This document shows, piece after piece, positions 1 through 13,481 of a DNA stretch of 64,000 bases. The number at the start of each line of letters is the position of its first letter. Positions within the stretch are counted from its first letter, which is position 1. Source of the DNA: Atractiella rhizophila (Eukaryota); NCBI GenBank assembly GCA_021432655.1, contig MU271235.1, positions 1-64,000 of the forward strand, read 5' to 3'. The position numbers were made by a program, and so were the translations under genes. The notes under the pieces were generated by a model, which was given only the letters and a program-made list of their open reading frames with translations, made no database searches and had not been told where the DNA came from.

Positions 1-602
1 TCCATGCTGCTTTAGCTGGATCCTTGATAGCGCTGTCCTGAGAGAATTTGGCATGTCTACGTTCAATAAGCTCCAAGGTCCAGCGACTCCTTTCAATTCA
101 AGTCGTGCTTCTGCTTTCTAAGTGGAACAGAGCCCACAAGTGAGTCTAAGCAAACTTCCGTTTGAATACTCCAAAACTGTCTGTCGTTAGGGAGGTACCT
201 TTACATCAATTGCTTCCTAAGTGGCGCCTCAAGCATCATTGTATAAATCGGGAATAGTTCAACAGAAGCATCCTTAGACCTCGATGACTACGTTAGGCGA
301 TGTAAGGAACCGACTTAATATCGACTATAGCCAAGGGTTCTAGTGATTTGATGAAACTTCCGTTTTCCCCAGAAAACTGGAAATCGGAACAAATGTTGAG
401 CACCACGGAAGAGAGACATTCAGCACGAATGCATGGAGCACAGATTATTAGAAAGCAGGATGGTGTCAATAGAAAAACGATTGCGAATACAATACAATGA
501 TACGCGTACTGTTTCCCGACACAGCTTACATTACCGAGACAACTTGAAACTCACAGAGTCTGCCATCGCAACACACAAGCACTAAAACGGAATGATTAAG
601 CA

Positions 603-3600
603 CTAACTCCAACTTGCAAACGTTCCACTCTCCATTTCTCCCGGTGTCCAAGCCCCCATGCCTCCTCCCCCGCTCATATTACCCACATCCCAAGGTGCAT
701 TCTCCATGGGCAAACCACCAAAGGCTGCACCACCTGCCGACAATTCGAACTGGGAACCAAAACCAGGGAAAAGGAAGTTGTTCCAAAGGCCTTGTTGGTC
801 CACTGTCGACCATTACACAATCAGCGTTGCGCATGAGAGAGTTAAGGAGTGGAAAACGTACGGAAGTTATCCATCTCGGCATCAGTCGCCAAGTTAAAGC
901 TTCCATTTGCGTTCCCGTTCACAAAAGTTCCTCCGTCTGCATTCATATCCATCCCCATCCCACCCTGAGGTTGTTGTTGAATCGCAAAGTTCTTCACCAC
1001 GCTCTCCAACCCCAATGCATTCCCTTCCTGCCCAACTACGTTGGTTTCCTGTCCAGCAACCAAACTTCCCTCCCTCGTACCTGCCGCACGGGTGCCGGTT
1101 CCCCTCCTCCCCTCCAACAGCATCTTGAGGAACTTGGCGTACAGTGCAGGAGTGTGCGTATCGTCCACGGCCACGGACTCAAAGAGGTCTATCACTTCTT
1201 GGACCAACAGGAGGAGCCTCGTCTCGGAACAAATAGATTCGAAGTCAGGTCGAATGCATTTGAGAAGGAAGACGGCGGCGTAAGAGAGGAAAACGAATTG
1301 AGCGTCAGTGGCGTAGCGCAGGTGGTTCTATTCCCTTTATGAAAACTATGAAAGGAACTCGGGAAAGCACTAACACGTGGACCGAGGATATCCTTTCCTA
1401 TGCGTATGATCCCGCTTGCATTCTCAAAGCACTGAAGAAATAAACCGTTGAGATCGATGGTCTCGTTTTCGTTGTCCCTCTTATCGAGAGCATTTTGGAA
1501 GCCAAAACTGAGGAGTAAAAGTTTGTAGTAGTGATCTGCTCACATGCTAAAGATCTGCTGGTTGGAAGGGGGACAAGACAAACAGTAAAACATCTTGATC
1601 GCCGCCCAATAATGAGGTGCGCGCAATTGAGCAAGTGCTTCGATTGGAACGCTCCACTCGTCCCTCCAAGAGTCGATCTGGGTAGAGAACGTTCTGAGCA
1701 GCATGGTATAGTCAAGATGAGGGTTTAGACCAGACGGTGTGGTTGTGTCCTTGTAGAGCGTCAATGAACNNNNNNNNNNNNNNNNNNNNNNNNNNNNNNN
1801 NNNNNNNNNNNNNNNNNNNNNNNNNNNNNNNNNNNNNNNNNNNNNNNNNNNNNNNNNNNNNNNNNNNNNNNNNNNNNNNNNNNNNNNNNNNNNNNNNNNN
1901 NNNNNNNNNNNNNNNNNNNNNNNNNNNNNNNNNNNNNNNNNNNNNNNNNNNNNNNNNNNNNNNNNNNNNNNNNNNNNNNNNNNNNNNNNNNNNNNNNNNN
2001 NNNNNNNNNNNNNNNNNNNNNNNNNNNNNNNNNNNNNNNNNNNNNNNNNNNNNNNNNNNNNNNNNNNNNNNNNNNNNNNNNNNNNNNNNNNNNNNNNNNN
2101 NNNNNNNNNNNNNNNNNNNNNNNNNNNNNNNNNNNNNNNNNNNNNNNNNNNNNNNNNNNNNNNNNNNNNNNNNNNNNNNNNNNNNNNNNNNNNNNNNNNN
2201 NNNNNNNNNNNNNNNNNNNNNNNNNNNNNNNNNNNNNNNNNNNNNNNNNNNNNNNNNNNNNNNNNNNNNNNNNNNNNNNNNNACACTGGCCTGTTGCGGG
2301 ACAACCGGAGCGAAGCTTTTCGAATAAAGGAGGGATGCCGGTACTTGTAAGATGGCGAGGCGGCACACCAGTAGCTTAGTTCTTACGGCGGACGATAAAA
2401 CTGTCTCTTCTATCACTGCTAGCTTCTTCGACACCGGAACAAGGCCTAAATAAAGCTCGTATAACCGTAGGTGTTGAGGAAAGATCTACGACTGAAGGTG
2501 TGAGGCTGTGAGCACCCGAGAGCTAGTGGGAAGGAAAAGTGTCAGTAAACGCGGCACCGGCGATCCAAAATATGGCTTGCTTTCCTGGAGATAGAGTGGA
2601 TCGTCGTCACGGCGCTCCCTCTCCACTTCCAACACGGCCGCTACTTCACCGTTCTGGCTGAGTAGCGGGGACTCGTTCTCTTTCCGCTGCTGCTTCCTGC
2701 TGTTCTGTAGCGACGCTCTATATCCACATTAAACAGGAGACTAGGCGCCAGGAAAAACCATTTACTCAGCTAACAAGCCTAAAGGATTCAGTGTGTTGTC
2801 CGGCAGACTATGTAAGCGGGGCGACGGTGGCTTTTCACGACTAGCATCCCGTACCGAAGGTTGAGTCGAACTGCGTCCTCGCCTTGAGTCATCATCAAGG
2901 CGTGGATCGATCGCAACAGGGAGCGGGCGAGTTGTGGGTGACAACGTTATTGGTGCTATGGGAGGCGTGCCCGTCAGCATGCCAGCGGAACTGGCCATAA
3001 CTCCAGGATGGGAGATGCTCTTGAGTACGACGTCTAGGGTTTGTTCCTTATATTCCGGTCATGAATAGCAGTTTGGTGGAGGAGAAAAGAAGAGCCACCA
3101 TTTTCTTGAGACTCGAAGCCATGGCATCGTGTTTCTTATTTGATCGTTTTCCACGCTGCGACTCCTCAAATATACATTCATGACCACCATTGGAGCTGAA
3201 CCCTCCGCCGATTAACTGTCTCATAACGGCAGAATAAAAGATTGACGCACCAACGCTTACAAGGCGGCCCGACATCGACCCCATCCTCCATCCTCGGCAC
3301 ACACCTCATCTTCAGTCTCCTGCATACCATACAAGCCCTCGCTCCCCTCGTTGTCTTTGGTTTCTTCGGTGGGGGTTCACCCTCCTCCTCTTTTTTCGCA
3401 ATCATACCATTCGATGGCCGATCCCTCTTCGTTCCCTTCCCATCACTCGACCCAGGAGTCAGTCCGTCGGCCTGGGGAGAAATGTCGCTCCCGCTCCCCC
3501 TGGTGGTGTGCTGGTGAGGGCTGCTGATGGTCCGACTTGCTGCGTTCCACATTCCTTCTCCACCTGGGACTGGAGGGATCCCATCGATAAAGTTCGAGGA

Positions 3601-3651
3601 AGAGGAGCTTTGGTTGTACATGTTAGGAGAGGAATCGAGTGGGTAATTCAT
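603..3651 (-). CDS. Zn(II)2Cys6 fungal transcription factor (priB-like), multi-exon; middle part lies in the N-gap and in a mirror-written block
   Basis: ATG at 3651 (MNYPLDSS). Zn cluster GARACMVCRRLKMRC...PPCKR followed by an intron. NTLNPLGLLAE|ASLQN. Middle homology region LFRIYFEHIGIHNSFLDADFHTPTLVGSRSPFLFTVICAVAARFY is recovered from the complement of 2283-2600. C-terminal exons (AVDDTHTPALYAKFL...; ...FASWS*) end at the stop at 603-605. Confidence 0.9.
2283..2600. other. Mirror-written (reversed, not complemented) block abutting an N-gap; holds a coding exon of the Zn2Cys6 gene
   Basis: The base-by-base complement read left to right continues the minus-strand frame from 2601: ...ERRDD-D-VTGQRPVGLASK(+1 a)AYFLPTAMNILPLRRVVIESRMPPAILTEKIVTIEEAVALFRIYF...KDLYLT. 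Confidence 0.93.
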
Positions 3652-5820
3652 CGGGGTTGTGCAGCCGGATCTCACAGAGAGATAGCAAAGATGAGAGAGC
3701 GTGTGAGAGTAATCTGTCAAACAAATTCCATTAGTATGAGCCATCTCAGACGTGACACCGTGCCACCGAACCATAAGCAGTGAAAGAGATAACTGGAGCT
3801 CAGTCTTATACGCGAGACAATGTCAGTTAATTCGGAATCTAAAACTTCCAGAACCCTGTGACTGCAAGCTGAAATGTTGGGTTCCGAACGCATTCCGTGT
3901 TTGAACAGGGTCAGAACGGAGTCAAGAGCATGTCATATTCGACCCTTGCACGACGAACATCCCGACCGCACCGTCGTACCTTTTTTCTTAGAAACAGACA
4001 AAGCTATGCTATTGTAGTGGTTGCCTTATAGACAAGTGTGCAGATCCAAATCCAGGAAACTCGCCCATCTTCGAACTTCCGAGGTACTTGAAGAACAAAA
4101 TCAATTCAACGAAGGGTTGGTAACGGACCCCTTAGAGCCCTGGTCCAGCCAAGAGATAGCAAGAAAAAGGTCATCATTATGAATGCCGCCTGTGGACGTG
4201 TTATGGTCAGCCCGACGGCAACGCCGAAGTGGAGCGACGCGCAATGAGGCTGTTTTCATTGGCTGCAAAGAGCTGGGGCAGCAGCAGCACAGATCTGGAG
4301 TACTTCAAAGAATGTGCGGGGCACAGAATCGTTTCATAGAATCCGAAACTGCCTTCAAGCACGGCACGCAAAGCACTGGCTAGAGTAAGTGGGAGAAAAA
4401 GATAGAGGTTCGGCTCCTCCCGCCTCTTATAATGTGAAGGAGAGTATATGGTTATCAAGACGGATTAAAAGACAACAGCATTTCGAATGACAGAACATGC
4501 AGAGCCCTTTGCGTTGTCAAGAGTTCACAATCTGGACTCACCCAAGCAAGTCTTTGCGCAACGATCTGCTCAACCTTGAGACCGGCAATCAACACAATTC
4601 CTGAGCGACAACAGTTCCCCTTGAGTCTTATGCCGTGTTGCTCTTCCTGTCCTTCCCCTCGATCCTCCTATCCACTCCGAATCCAATACAATTCCAATGC
4701 TCGAGTGTCAGCTCGGGTGGAACAAGTCTCCGTCCGGTGGTGCAGTTCCGGCGGCCGATATGGTGCGCGCGATAGGGTGCTGAGGGTCGCTGCTCGGATG
4801 GGGAAGCTGGGGAAGTCTGGGGAAATCGAAATCCAAAATTGTAGGCCAACTGCGGAGTTGGTCGGAGATCTTGATCCCTTGGGGGTTGGTTGATGTTACT
4901 CCTTACGATTTGGGACTTGCGACAGTAATATTTGTGGAGCAGGATGGAGCAGTATGGATGTTCAGAGGGACTAGAATACGTCAACGAAAAAACCCAAAGC
5001 AAGGTCCGTGTTTCAACCAAGCAAGCTTGGGACGATGCCCGAATCAATGAATAAAGAGCTCGCGCGCTCGTTGCTAATGCCACTGCAGCCCCATCGTTCT
5101 CCATCAATGATAGGCTGACGAAAAAACGAACCGAAATAACAAGCTTTCCTGCTTCAACTGCTTCTCCCCTCTCTTGCTGCAAATAACTCCTTCCTTGCAT
5201 TTGTGGTGGAGCATAACCGCATTTCAAACCGCTATCCTTTTCTACTTTTTATGTGTAGAATTGGTCGTTTTGCGCCAGTTCCCCATGACAGCCTGTGGAC
5301 TTCAGATGGCCTTTATGGTAAATCTTGTGGCGTACTATGCTTCGACATCAGCTCCATAAGAATTGAAATTGACTGTGGAATCTTCGTCTCTTCGCGAACT
5401 GCCTCGGGATGTAGAGTAACATAGAAGAGACAGCCAAATACTTTTGTGAGATCATGTTATCGTTAATTATTTGATCAAACAAATTTACTTGTGAAGTTCC
5501 TTGAAAGTTCCTCAGTCAGCCTAAATCCGCCAGTGTAGTGTAGGGAAGTGGAACATAGTGGGAAGCAAAGGGAGATACGCCAACTTGGTACCCGCTACTT
5601 CAAATTACTAGCAGAACGCTAGATATGCCTTTAGATCGAAGAAGGACACAATATTCTGACCCTACGTAACCTCGAACTGCTATTGCCACAATCAGAATGG
5701 ATGTGCCCTGTTCTAAGGAGAAAGGGTTAGAAGGTTCGAACATAGTAGTGTTGTCATGTCCAGAAGGTAATTGCTAGCACAGTTCCATTCTTACACTCCT
5801 TGTAAGTTCTTTCATTCAAT

Positions 5821-6699
5821 TTATCCCCAGCCGCTCTCTACGAGTTTTGCTTCTGCAGCATTGATGTGATACGTCATCCCGGAACCACCACAGATTCGCA
5901 CGAAACTATTGGAGACGACGTGCCCATCCTCGAATCCGAGACGAAAGCCCTACGCACAGACTCTGTTAATGTTGAAGGGGAACCCTGAAGAACCACTCAC
6001 TCCGTACATCCCAGGGATTGGCATCCAGATCTCCTCAAACTCCCGCAGCGCTCCAATAGGACACATCCTAAACCACTCCATATCCAGATCTCGTGGTCCC
6101 TCTTGTGGCACGAGCTTTCGCAGGTGCTCTTCAATTGCCGATATTTCACCTTCTGTCATTTCCTTCATGCGGCTCTTTCTATCGAGCGAGCCACTGAGTA
6201 GCTCGTAAAGGTGTTCGTGCCCCTTAGCTTTGGCGAGGTCCAGAGGGGTTTCTCCTGTTGTAGTTCTCGCGAAACCTAGCACAGTCCATTGTTAACTACG
6301 CAAGCACTGAAGGAGGCACGCACGAGTTCCACCAAGCGCAAGGATTCCCTCTACAAGTTCCCTCTGAACTCCTTGATCAGCAGCATGGTGTAAGATTGTC
6401 CAACCATCACCCTTCTTCGCGTTCAGCGCCTTCGAGTCGCTAAGTTTCACACAGTTGATGATATCATGAAAATTTGCTCCTTCCTTTTCCGCCCAAGAGA
6501 AAATCTTGCCCCATTGTCCCTTCTGCGCATAGGTGACCAGTCGGTTTTGCTCCTTCGCCCATTCCGATCTGTATGGTTGTGAATCGTACATGCAAACCCA
6601 ATGCAAGTCCTCAGGCGATTCTACAGATTTCAACTTCTCAAGTATGGGCAGGATATCTTCAAGTTCAGCCTGTGGCTGCTTCGATGGCGATGACCCCAT
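5821..6699 (-). CDS. Ankyrin-repeat protein with C-terminal W-x-P-x-PGMYGGF...R-x-x-GGSG domain; 3 exons
   Basis: Introns 6276-6323 and 5950-6000 (GT-AG) join GWTILHHAADQG...LGGTRFARTTTGETPLDLAKAKGHEHLYELL to WMPIPGMYG|GFRLGFEDGHVVSNSFVRICGGSGMTYHINAAEAKLVESGWG*. Confidence 0.85.
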
Positions 6700-8673
6700 A
6701 ATTCAACTGTTGACCCTGATTTCAAGTGATGGTGAGAGGGGCAGTCCCAGGCAGAGAAAGCCACGGTGGATTAAATGGTTCTTCGAACCAGCTGTTTCCT
6801 TTACCGCATGAGTCGCATGCGGAAGCAAATGCCAATGCCACTGTCAGTGGCAGTGCAATTGGAGTGTAACGAGTCTCCATGTATTAACAAAGCTTTCGTA
6901 ATACTGACCATCAAAAGCCATCATGAGCAAGAGTCTACACTAAACGTTCAGGGTGGGTTAAAACTCAGTCGGTAAGGACTGAAGCACCTCTGGTTTCGCC
7001 AGCCTGGAGCTCCTAAATTGCCCTGCTAGTAGCCTTGCAGATCGGAACTAGGGAACTTGAACGTCTCAAAGCGGTTACATGACTCAACGGAGCTTGAAGA
7101 CGTCGCCATTCATTTCATCATTTAGGAATTCTTGTCTGCTGTGTACAGAAGCGTTTACTCAACTATATTCACTGCCAGTCAATATTTCTTCCTTAAAGCT
7201 CAGCAGAACTCACCAAGCTCCAGAGTGGTTTCTCCTGACAGCGACGATTCCGGGATTTCTTCCCCTGCTCGTCGTATGGCAGTCGCCTATCGTCGAATTG
7301 TCTCAATCCCTCATTTGGAAGCAAGCCAAAAACTTACCCTTGTCATTAAACGTCGCGGTAGATCCCCCTAGCGGCGCAGAGCAATCAGTAGCGCTAGACT
7401 CAGTGATGCAGTTCAGTTCGCCGTCTTCAATTCATCGTCAGGGTTATCCTGTTTCATACGACACAACGACGTACTGAAGTAGGTGTGGTATGAAAACCAT
7501 CCGAAGCCATCGGGATTGGGAGGAAAGACCACACATTTTCCAATCACATTACATTACCTTAGCTCTCATCTGTTAGAGGCGACAAACCAGCCGTCAATCC
7601 GAAGACTTGCTACATATCACTTCAGAATTCCGCTTGGACCAGAAATCGACAAAAACGCTTACAGAAGGGGTGCCAGAGCAGTCCTCATTTGGGAAGAGCA
7701 ACATCTGGGCCTTGGCAGAAGCCAACGCGATATTGGAGGCTGCAATGAGAAAGAAACTGATCACCTTCATGTCGTCTTTGTTGCGTTGCTTTCAAGATAT
7801 CCCGCCTTTTTATCTCTTTCATTGTATCAGAGAGACAGTGACAGACGATTCTCCTCTTGTTCTCTCCAGGGTATAGCAGTCGGTGACTTTTAGTTTGCTC
7901 AGCATCGTTTGCTGATGATCTTTACCCCTACATTAGCCCAGACCCCACCATGACCGCATTACCGCTCTACCTCCCACGTCTCCTCACACTTTCGGTGGCT
8001 ACCTATTTCGTTGCCGTCATCAGTTATTCACTCGCATATTGTGATGGACGTATCTCCTTCCTTGAAACAGTCAGTTTTCCAGCACCGAAAATCAGTCGTC
8101 CGGCTTTGAGCGCTTGAATCCGCACTCCTCGTAGATTGCAATGGCAGGTCCACTGGAGATTGAATTGCCAACCAAGAAGTCATGTATAAAAATCAAGTAA
8201 CCAACCCCAACTACCCTTGTCCTTGTGCGCACGTTTCGACGATATTCGGTGTAGCGCCACTGTACTCGGTCTCATTCTGCTATGTGACGGTTAAACCTCA
8301 CGGTGAAGCAAAGACTCGTTCATGTGTTCAAAACACTGGTTGATCCGCGATTTCGGTAGAACTGCCTCCTCCTGGTCACATTTGTCAACATTGGTTGGCT
8401 TTCGTACCTATTGCCTTCGGTTATGGACTTTGGACTTTGAGAGAGTAGTCATCAGGCAATTTCGGCGAAGAGAATATTCATTGCACAAACCATCATACAT
8501 GTACTAGCATCATAAATTCCAAGTGAAATCATTTCAATCGTCATGTAGTTCAGAGAGACATTCTGAACATAAGGGTTCATGAACAGACCACGGCTGAATA
8601 TCAAAGTCATTAGGTGAATCTCACCGACATGGCGGGGTGAGTGCCTTGAGGAAAATTGAAAGTCGCAGTTGAA

Positions 8674-9637
8674 TCAGATCAGCACGAAATCGCCCCAATA
8701 TCCTCTTGCTAACGTCTGGCTAGATTGCACAAGCCTATACATACCCGTCTTGATGCTATCCAAGCAACGATTAACAATCAAACTGAACGGCAGAAAGGAA
8801 GCTCACGTTTGTCTGTCAGATCCCATGTACCCACTGGCGTTATATCGCATCAACACTTTTCCGCCTACCTTTTCCTTCGCTATGTATGAGAAGGAGCCAT
8901 TCGAACCGTAGGTGACGACGATTTGGTGTCGAATTGCTTTATTTGTAAATCTGAGATTCGCGTTGAACGGGTGAGAGGAAGAGGAAGAGGAACGGCAGAC
9001 GATGATGCAGGTATGCGAGTTGAACAGCCCCCTCCACAGCGAATATTATCAATGATTTGAATGTAACCGTTGATGAGATCGAGGGTGATGGTAGGTCCGT
9101 TGTCTCCATGTGAGAAGAGCTAGGAAGGAATGTCATTTGAAACGTTAGAGTGAAGGAGGAGACTTGCTTGGAAAAGGTGAAAAAAGTGCTGTGACCATCC
9201 CGTCTCGCTCGATATCCAATTGGTCCATTGGTACGTCCTCGTGTCTCCATCCGCCTGATCTGTTTCGATTGTCAAACTACACATTGGAGCGAGATTGATG
9301 GCTTACACGCATACAGAAACTCGTTTCGTTGCCGCGGGCTTCCTTCTTTACTCCCAGGATCCAACATGATGGTCGGATCCTGCGAAAGGTAGAGCCCATA
9401 GCAGTAGGTGATATGCGAAGTGGCATCGGCATTATCGCAGCCTTTGGTGAATATGCCGGTCATTTGGTAGCTCACAGTGGTGGTGGTAGAGGTGAAGAAG
9501 GTGATGTTGCCATACTGGATCGACGAACCGTCTGCTATGACCGTAACATCACGGGAGCGGAGGATGCCTTCGTCTTGAATAGGGAGGGAGGCAGCGAAGG
9601 CGAGGAAGAGTAGAAAGACTGAGGATATCAAGAGCAT
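8674..9637 (-). CDS. Secreted beta-jelly-roll / polysaccharide-lyase-like protein, 5 exons
   Basis: Signal peptide MLLISSVFLLFLAFAAS. The spliced product contains SPRQRNEFL, YQWTNWIS, HFFHLFQLFS, GPTITLD and IKTGMYR...YWGDFVLI*. The R-x-E, H-x-x-Q and K-x-G-x-YR motifs resemble PL7/PL20-type lyase folds (inference). Confidence 0.7.
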
Positions 9638-11327
9638 TTCCTCTTAAATTTGTCTGACTTCCGCTCTCTGTGTCCAGAACCCGAAGGCTCCAGCTCGTCT
9701 CGCATGAGCTTTTATATAACTCTCTACCCAGGTGCCCACGACAGTTTTGCTCGAGATACAGTAAGTAAGATTTCCGATGGCAGACCCTAGGTTATTGTGC
9801 CTTGGGGATATTCGAAATGTGCTATCCGTATTCGCAGCTGCCAGTTTTGGCCTTCATTAGGAAAACATCTTTGAAGGAAGTTGGGCATTGTGGCTTTCCG
9901 TTCTTGATGCGTTCTCAATACCGTGAAAGAACATTGAAAGCGTATGAGCGTGTGGCCGAGAGATAGATGACAGAGACGAAAGTTGACAAGATGGCTCATG
10001 GTACTACTAGGTTGCCAGATTAGCAGAGCAGAAAGCGAAAAGGCAAGCACGAAAGTCTCCCGTTCGGTGGCGACTAACGTTTGTCATCGTTCAATGTTTG
10101 CCTGTGAGCTTCTGTCGGAGTGGTAGCGACGGGAATCGGGAAGCGGGAAGCGGTAACGGTAACCAGTAACCAGAAAAGCACATTCTACCCATCGCCTGTG
10201 CTCCTTCACTCAATGTCAAAACCAACGGTGGCTGTGACAACTGAGAAAAACCACAGAAATTGACGATAGAAATAAAGGTCTTTGATGATTGCCAATTCTT
10301 GCAAACAGAAGGTGTCAGTTCCCGCTTTGGGCGAGATGTGCAACACGTTGGGCCGATGGCACCACTTGACATCAGTGGAGATATTGCTGGAGTTATGATG
10401 GTGAGCAGGCTGATCTTTAGGCCGACATCTTAACTCAAGAAGATGCAGCTCTCTGAGCGCGGACGTTCGTGTCCTGAATATTTCGACAGCGTGAGCCGCA
10501 GAAGGTACAAAGTTTCTGAGGGGAGTCTACACTAACCTCCTTCGCCACACGGTAAAGGTGACGTGATGGATTCCGTCGCACGCAATATTCCATGACACGC
10601 ATTGGAAATTTTGGGTCAAAAGTAACAGCCGTCAAGATTCAAGGTGCAGCCTTACTTGTATGGTTCCTTATGGCGCTTCATGCTTTTGGCAACGCAATGC
10701 CTTTCCACTGCCGCTCGATGAACCAGACAAGATGCAATCTGGGAGAGTCTGAGCAGCGTTCAAAGTATCCTGAGATAGACTATGCTTAGAGCGCGTACAC
10801 TGATGAGCGTGCTTTTTCAAGGCACCAACCGTGAGTGGATCTCGGTGATATGCGTCACTCTCATCGGTATTGTGAAAGAGAGATATGTCGCTCTAATTGG
10901 GGGATCTACGCGGTACTCGCTAATAATGGGAATGGGCGAGATCATCCCTCCAATTGATTGTCATTACTGTCGATGCATCAATGCATTTCAGCTCATATCT
11001 GCTGTGAAGCTGCTTCGGGTAGGATCACACACTCATCCTTCTTCCCAGTACCCAAACCAGGCCTAAATGGTGTCGTATTGGCGACTCAGACAGAAGAGAC
11101 GAACCCATAAACATTACAAATCAGTTCTGGGTTACATAGCTATTCCCTCACTCTTCCTTCCTTGCAATCACCTCCAAGTTGCAATCAGGCCCTTGCAGTA
11201 AACTCTACAGCTCCTCACTCTTAGGCTGAATTATGACAGCGGCCTGCGAAGAGATGCAGATGAGTCCCGCTTCTTTTACGCGTATCTCCTCCCGCGATCG
11301 AAAGGAATGAAAAAAGTACTTCACCAG

Positions 11328-13481
11328 ATGAGCGCCTCTCGCTTCGCTCCGCACGTCGAGAACTCCGCGACGCTCCTGCTGCCCGCCTCCAGCAGCGGCA
11401 AGCCACTCGTCTTCCTCAACCCCGTCCAAGAGTACAACCGGGACCTCTCCGTCGCCTGTCTCACCACATACCGTCACATAAGGCAGAGGGAGCTCCAAAA
11501 GTCTACCAAGAGAGACGACTTTTGTTGGAGGCCTTATGTCCTCGACGCACTGTCTGCTAGCGGGCTGAGGGCCATCAGGTATGCGAGGGAGATCAAGGAG
11601 TGTAGGTTGGTGGTCGCCAACGATCTGTCGAGGGAGGCAATGGAGGTCATCGAGCGAAATATCTCGCACAATCGCGTCGCTAATCCAAATAGCAATACCA
11701 ATGGAGACACAAACGCAGAAGGGGCGGAGGGAGAAGAAAAGAAGAAGGCGTTTTATACGCCTCAAGAGCGCCCAGCCTACGTCGTGCCCTCGCTCTCCGA
11801 CGCCCTCGTCCTCCTCTCCCTGTCCAGAATCAAACCCAGTCCCTCCTCCTCATTCCCTTACACCGGTCCTACATCTGGAAAAGCCTTCGATGTCATCGAC
11901 CTCGATCCTTACGGCACCTGCGCACCTTTCGTCGACGCAGCAGTGCAGAATGTCGCTGATGAAGGGCTCCTGATGGTCACCGCAACCGATATGGCTGTTG
12001 CAGCGAGCACAAATCATCACGAGAAATGCTATGGGAACTACGGGGGTTTGCCAACGAGGAAGGAGTGGTGTCACGAAGCCGTATATATCCCCTTTCTCCA
12101 CTGTGACTGCTCTTGGAGGGCAGAAACTAATAGGAAACCAATGAGCAGGCAATCCGCATGATTTTAAACACCCTCGCCACCTCCGCCGCTCGATACGGAA
12201 AGACCATCCGCCCTTTGCTCTCCCTCAGCATCGACTTCTACGTCCGAGTTTTCATTCGCGTCTCCCCCTCACGACAAGAAACGAAGGAGCTGGCATCTCT
12301 CACCTCTCTGGTGTACACGTGCGACCATTGCCATGCCCATTGGCTGCAGCCGTTCGGGAGAACGAGTTTGCCTCCCTCGGAAGAACAGGGTGGAGAGGCG
12401 GATGGGGAGGGCGAGGGAAAGAAGGGAAAGAAGGTCGCGAAGGGGAAGGGGAAGGGCGGTATCAAGTTTCACATACCTGCTGGACCCCCGGTCGAGACGA
12501 CGAGAGGAGGTGGGAAATGCGAGGAGTGTGGAGCTGGCTTTCACGTTCGTCTCTCTCTTCTCTTCTGTTGGCTGCATGAGGACAGAAAATGCTCATAGCT
12601 CATAACTGATTCCCGTAATAGGTTGCAGGCCCCATGTGGACGGGAAGACTACACGATCCGGACTTCGTCCAAGAAGTTTTAGAGACAGTAAAGGCGAGGG
12701 AGTCGCGTTCGTCCACGCCCGCAACCTCAACTGCAACAGGAGCAGAAACGTCAGCGACGGCGGAGGAGAATAATGGAAACGCGAATGGAGAGAAGGAGGA
12801 GGAACCGCTGAAACCCTTTGGGACGACGGAAAGACTAAAAGGGATGCTGCAGATCGCTGCTTCCGTACGTCTCTCCCCCACTATGAAGGGATGGACTAAA
12901 CCAATACTCCATGGTTGGTGGACATATGTAGGAGATTCAGACGCCTTTTTATTTCAGTCCATCGAGGATTTCAGGGATGTTCCACTCTCGCACTCCGCCG
13001 CTGGAGACGGTAACGTTAGTCTTCCACCCCTGTCCTCTTCAAGTGTGCCAATATTTACGTGACGGGTATATGCAACAGATCCGCCCTCCTGCATGCGGGC
13101 TACGCCGTCTCACGCTCACACGCCCTCCCCGGTTCTCTCAAGACTAATGCGCCAGTCTCCTTCATAAACGACGTCTGGCGTTTCTGGATAAAAGACTCCG
13201 AACCAGTCAACATGTCCAACATCAAGGAGACTTCTCCCGCACGGCAGTTGCTCCTGAAACCGATAACTCACGAAGTGAATACGAAGCGGCACGAGAAGGT
13301 CGAAGAGGTGCTTATGAGCAGAGTAAAGATCACTAAGTATCCAGCTAATCCGGAGCCTGGATGGGGACCGGGGAAAAAGGCGGTGGAGGGGAAAGGGAGG
13401 AAGAGGAGGAATGAAGAGGGGGAGGGGGATGGAGAATCTAAAAAACCGAGATTGGGGGAAGAGGTTGTAGCACCTTCATGA
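11328..13481 (+). CDS. TRM1: tRNA (guanine26-N2,N2)-dimethyltransferase, multi-exon
   Basis: Motifs VFLNPVQEYNRDLSV, VLDALSASGLRAIRYARE, FDVIDLDPYG, LLSLSIDFYVRVF, CxxC pairs, GPMWTG, SALLHAGY...SHA...SLKTNAP and YPANPEPGWGP. An alternative in-frame ATG lies at 11307. Confidence 0.96.

Noticed and set aside
614..1342. Plus-strand 242-aa ORF and similar antisense ORFs over TRM1 and the ABCC genes
   Set aside because: Shadow frames opposite well-supported genes, with no motifs.
1540..2434. Long ORFs spanning N runs (also 18483-19709 and 18812-19465)
   Set aside because: Their length comes from Ns translated as X.
5521..5820. Possible third mirror block (by-eye count about 24 TA vs 19 AT dinucleotides)
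   Set aside because: No adjacent gap and no recognisable protein or repeat in the complement; the signal is too weak.
7480..8500. Possible small plus-strand gene (hydrophobic MTALPLYLPRLL... segment with a donor site)
   Set aside because: I could not build a consistent spliced ORF or recognise any motif.
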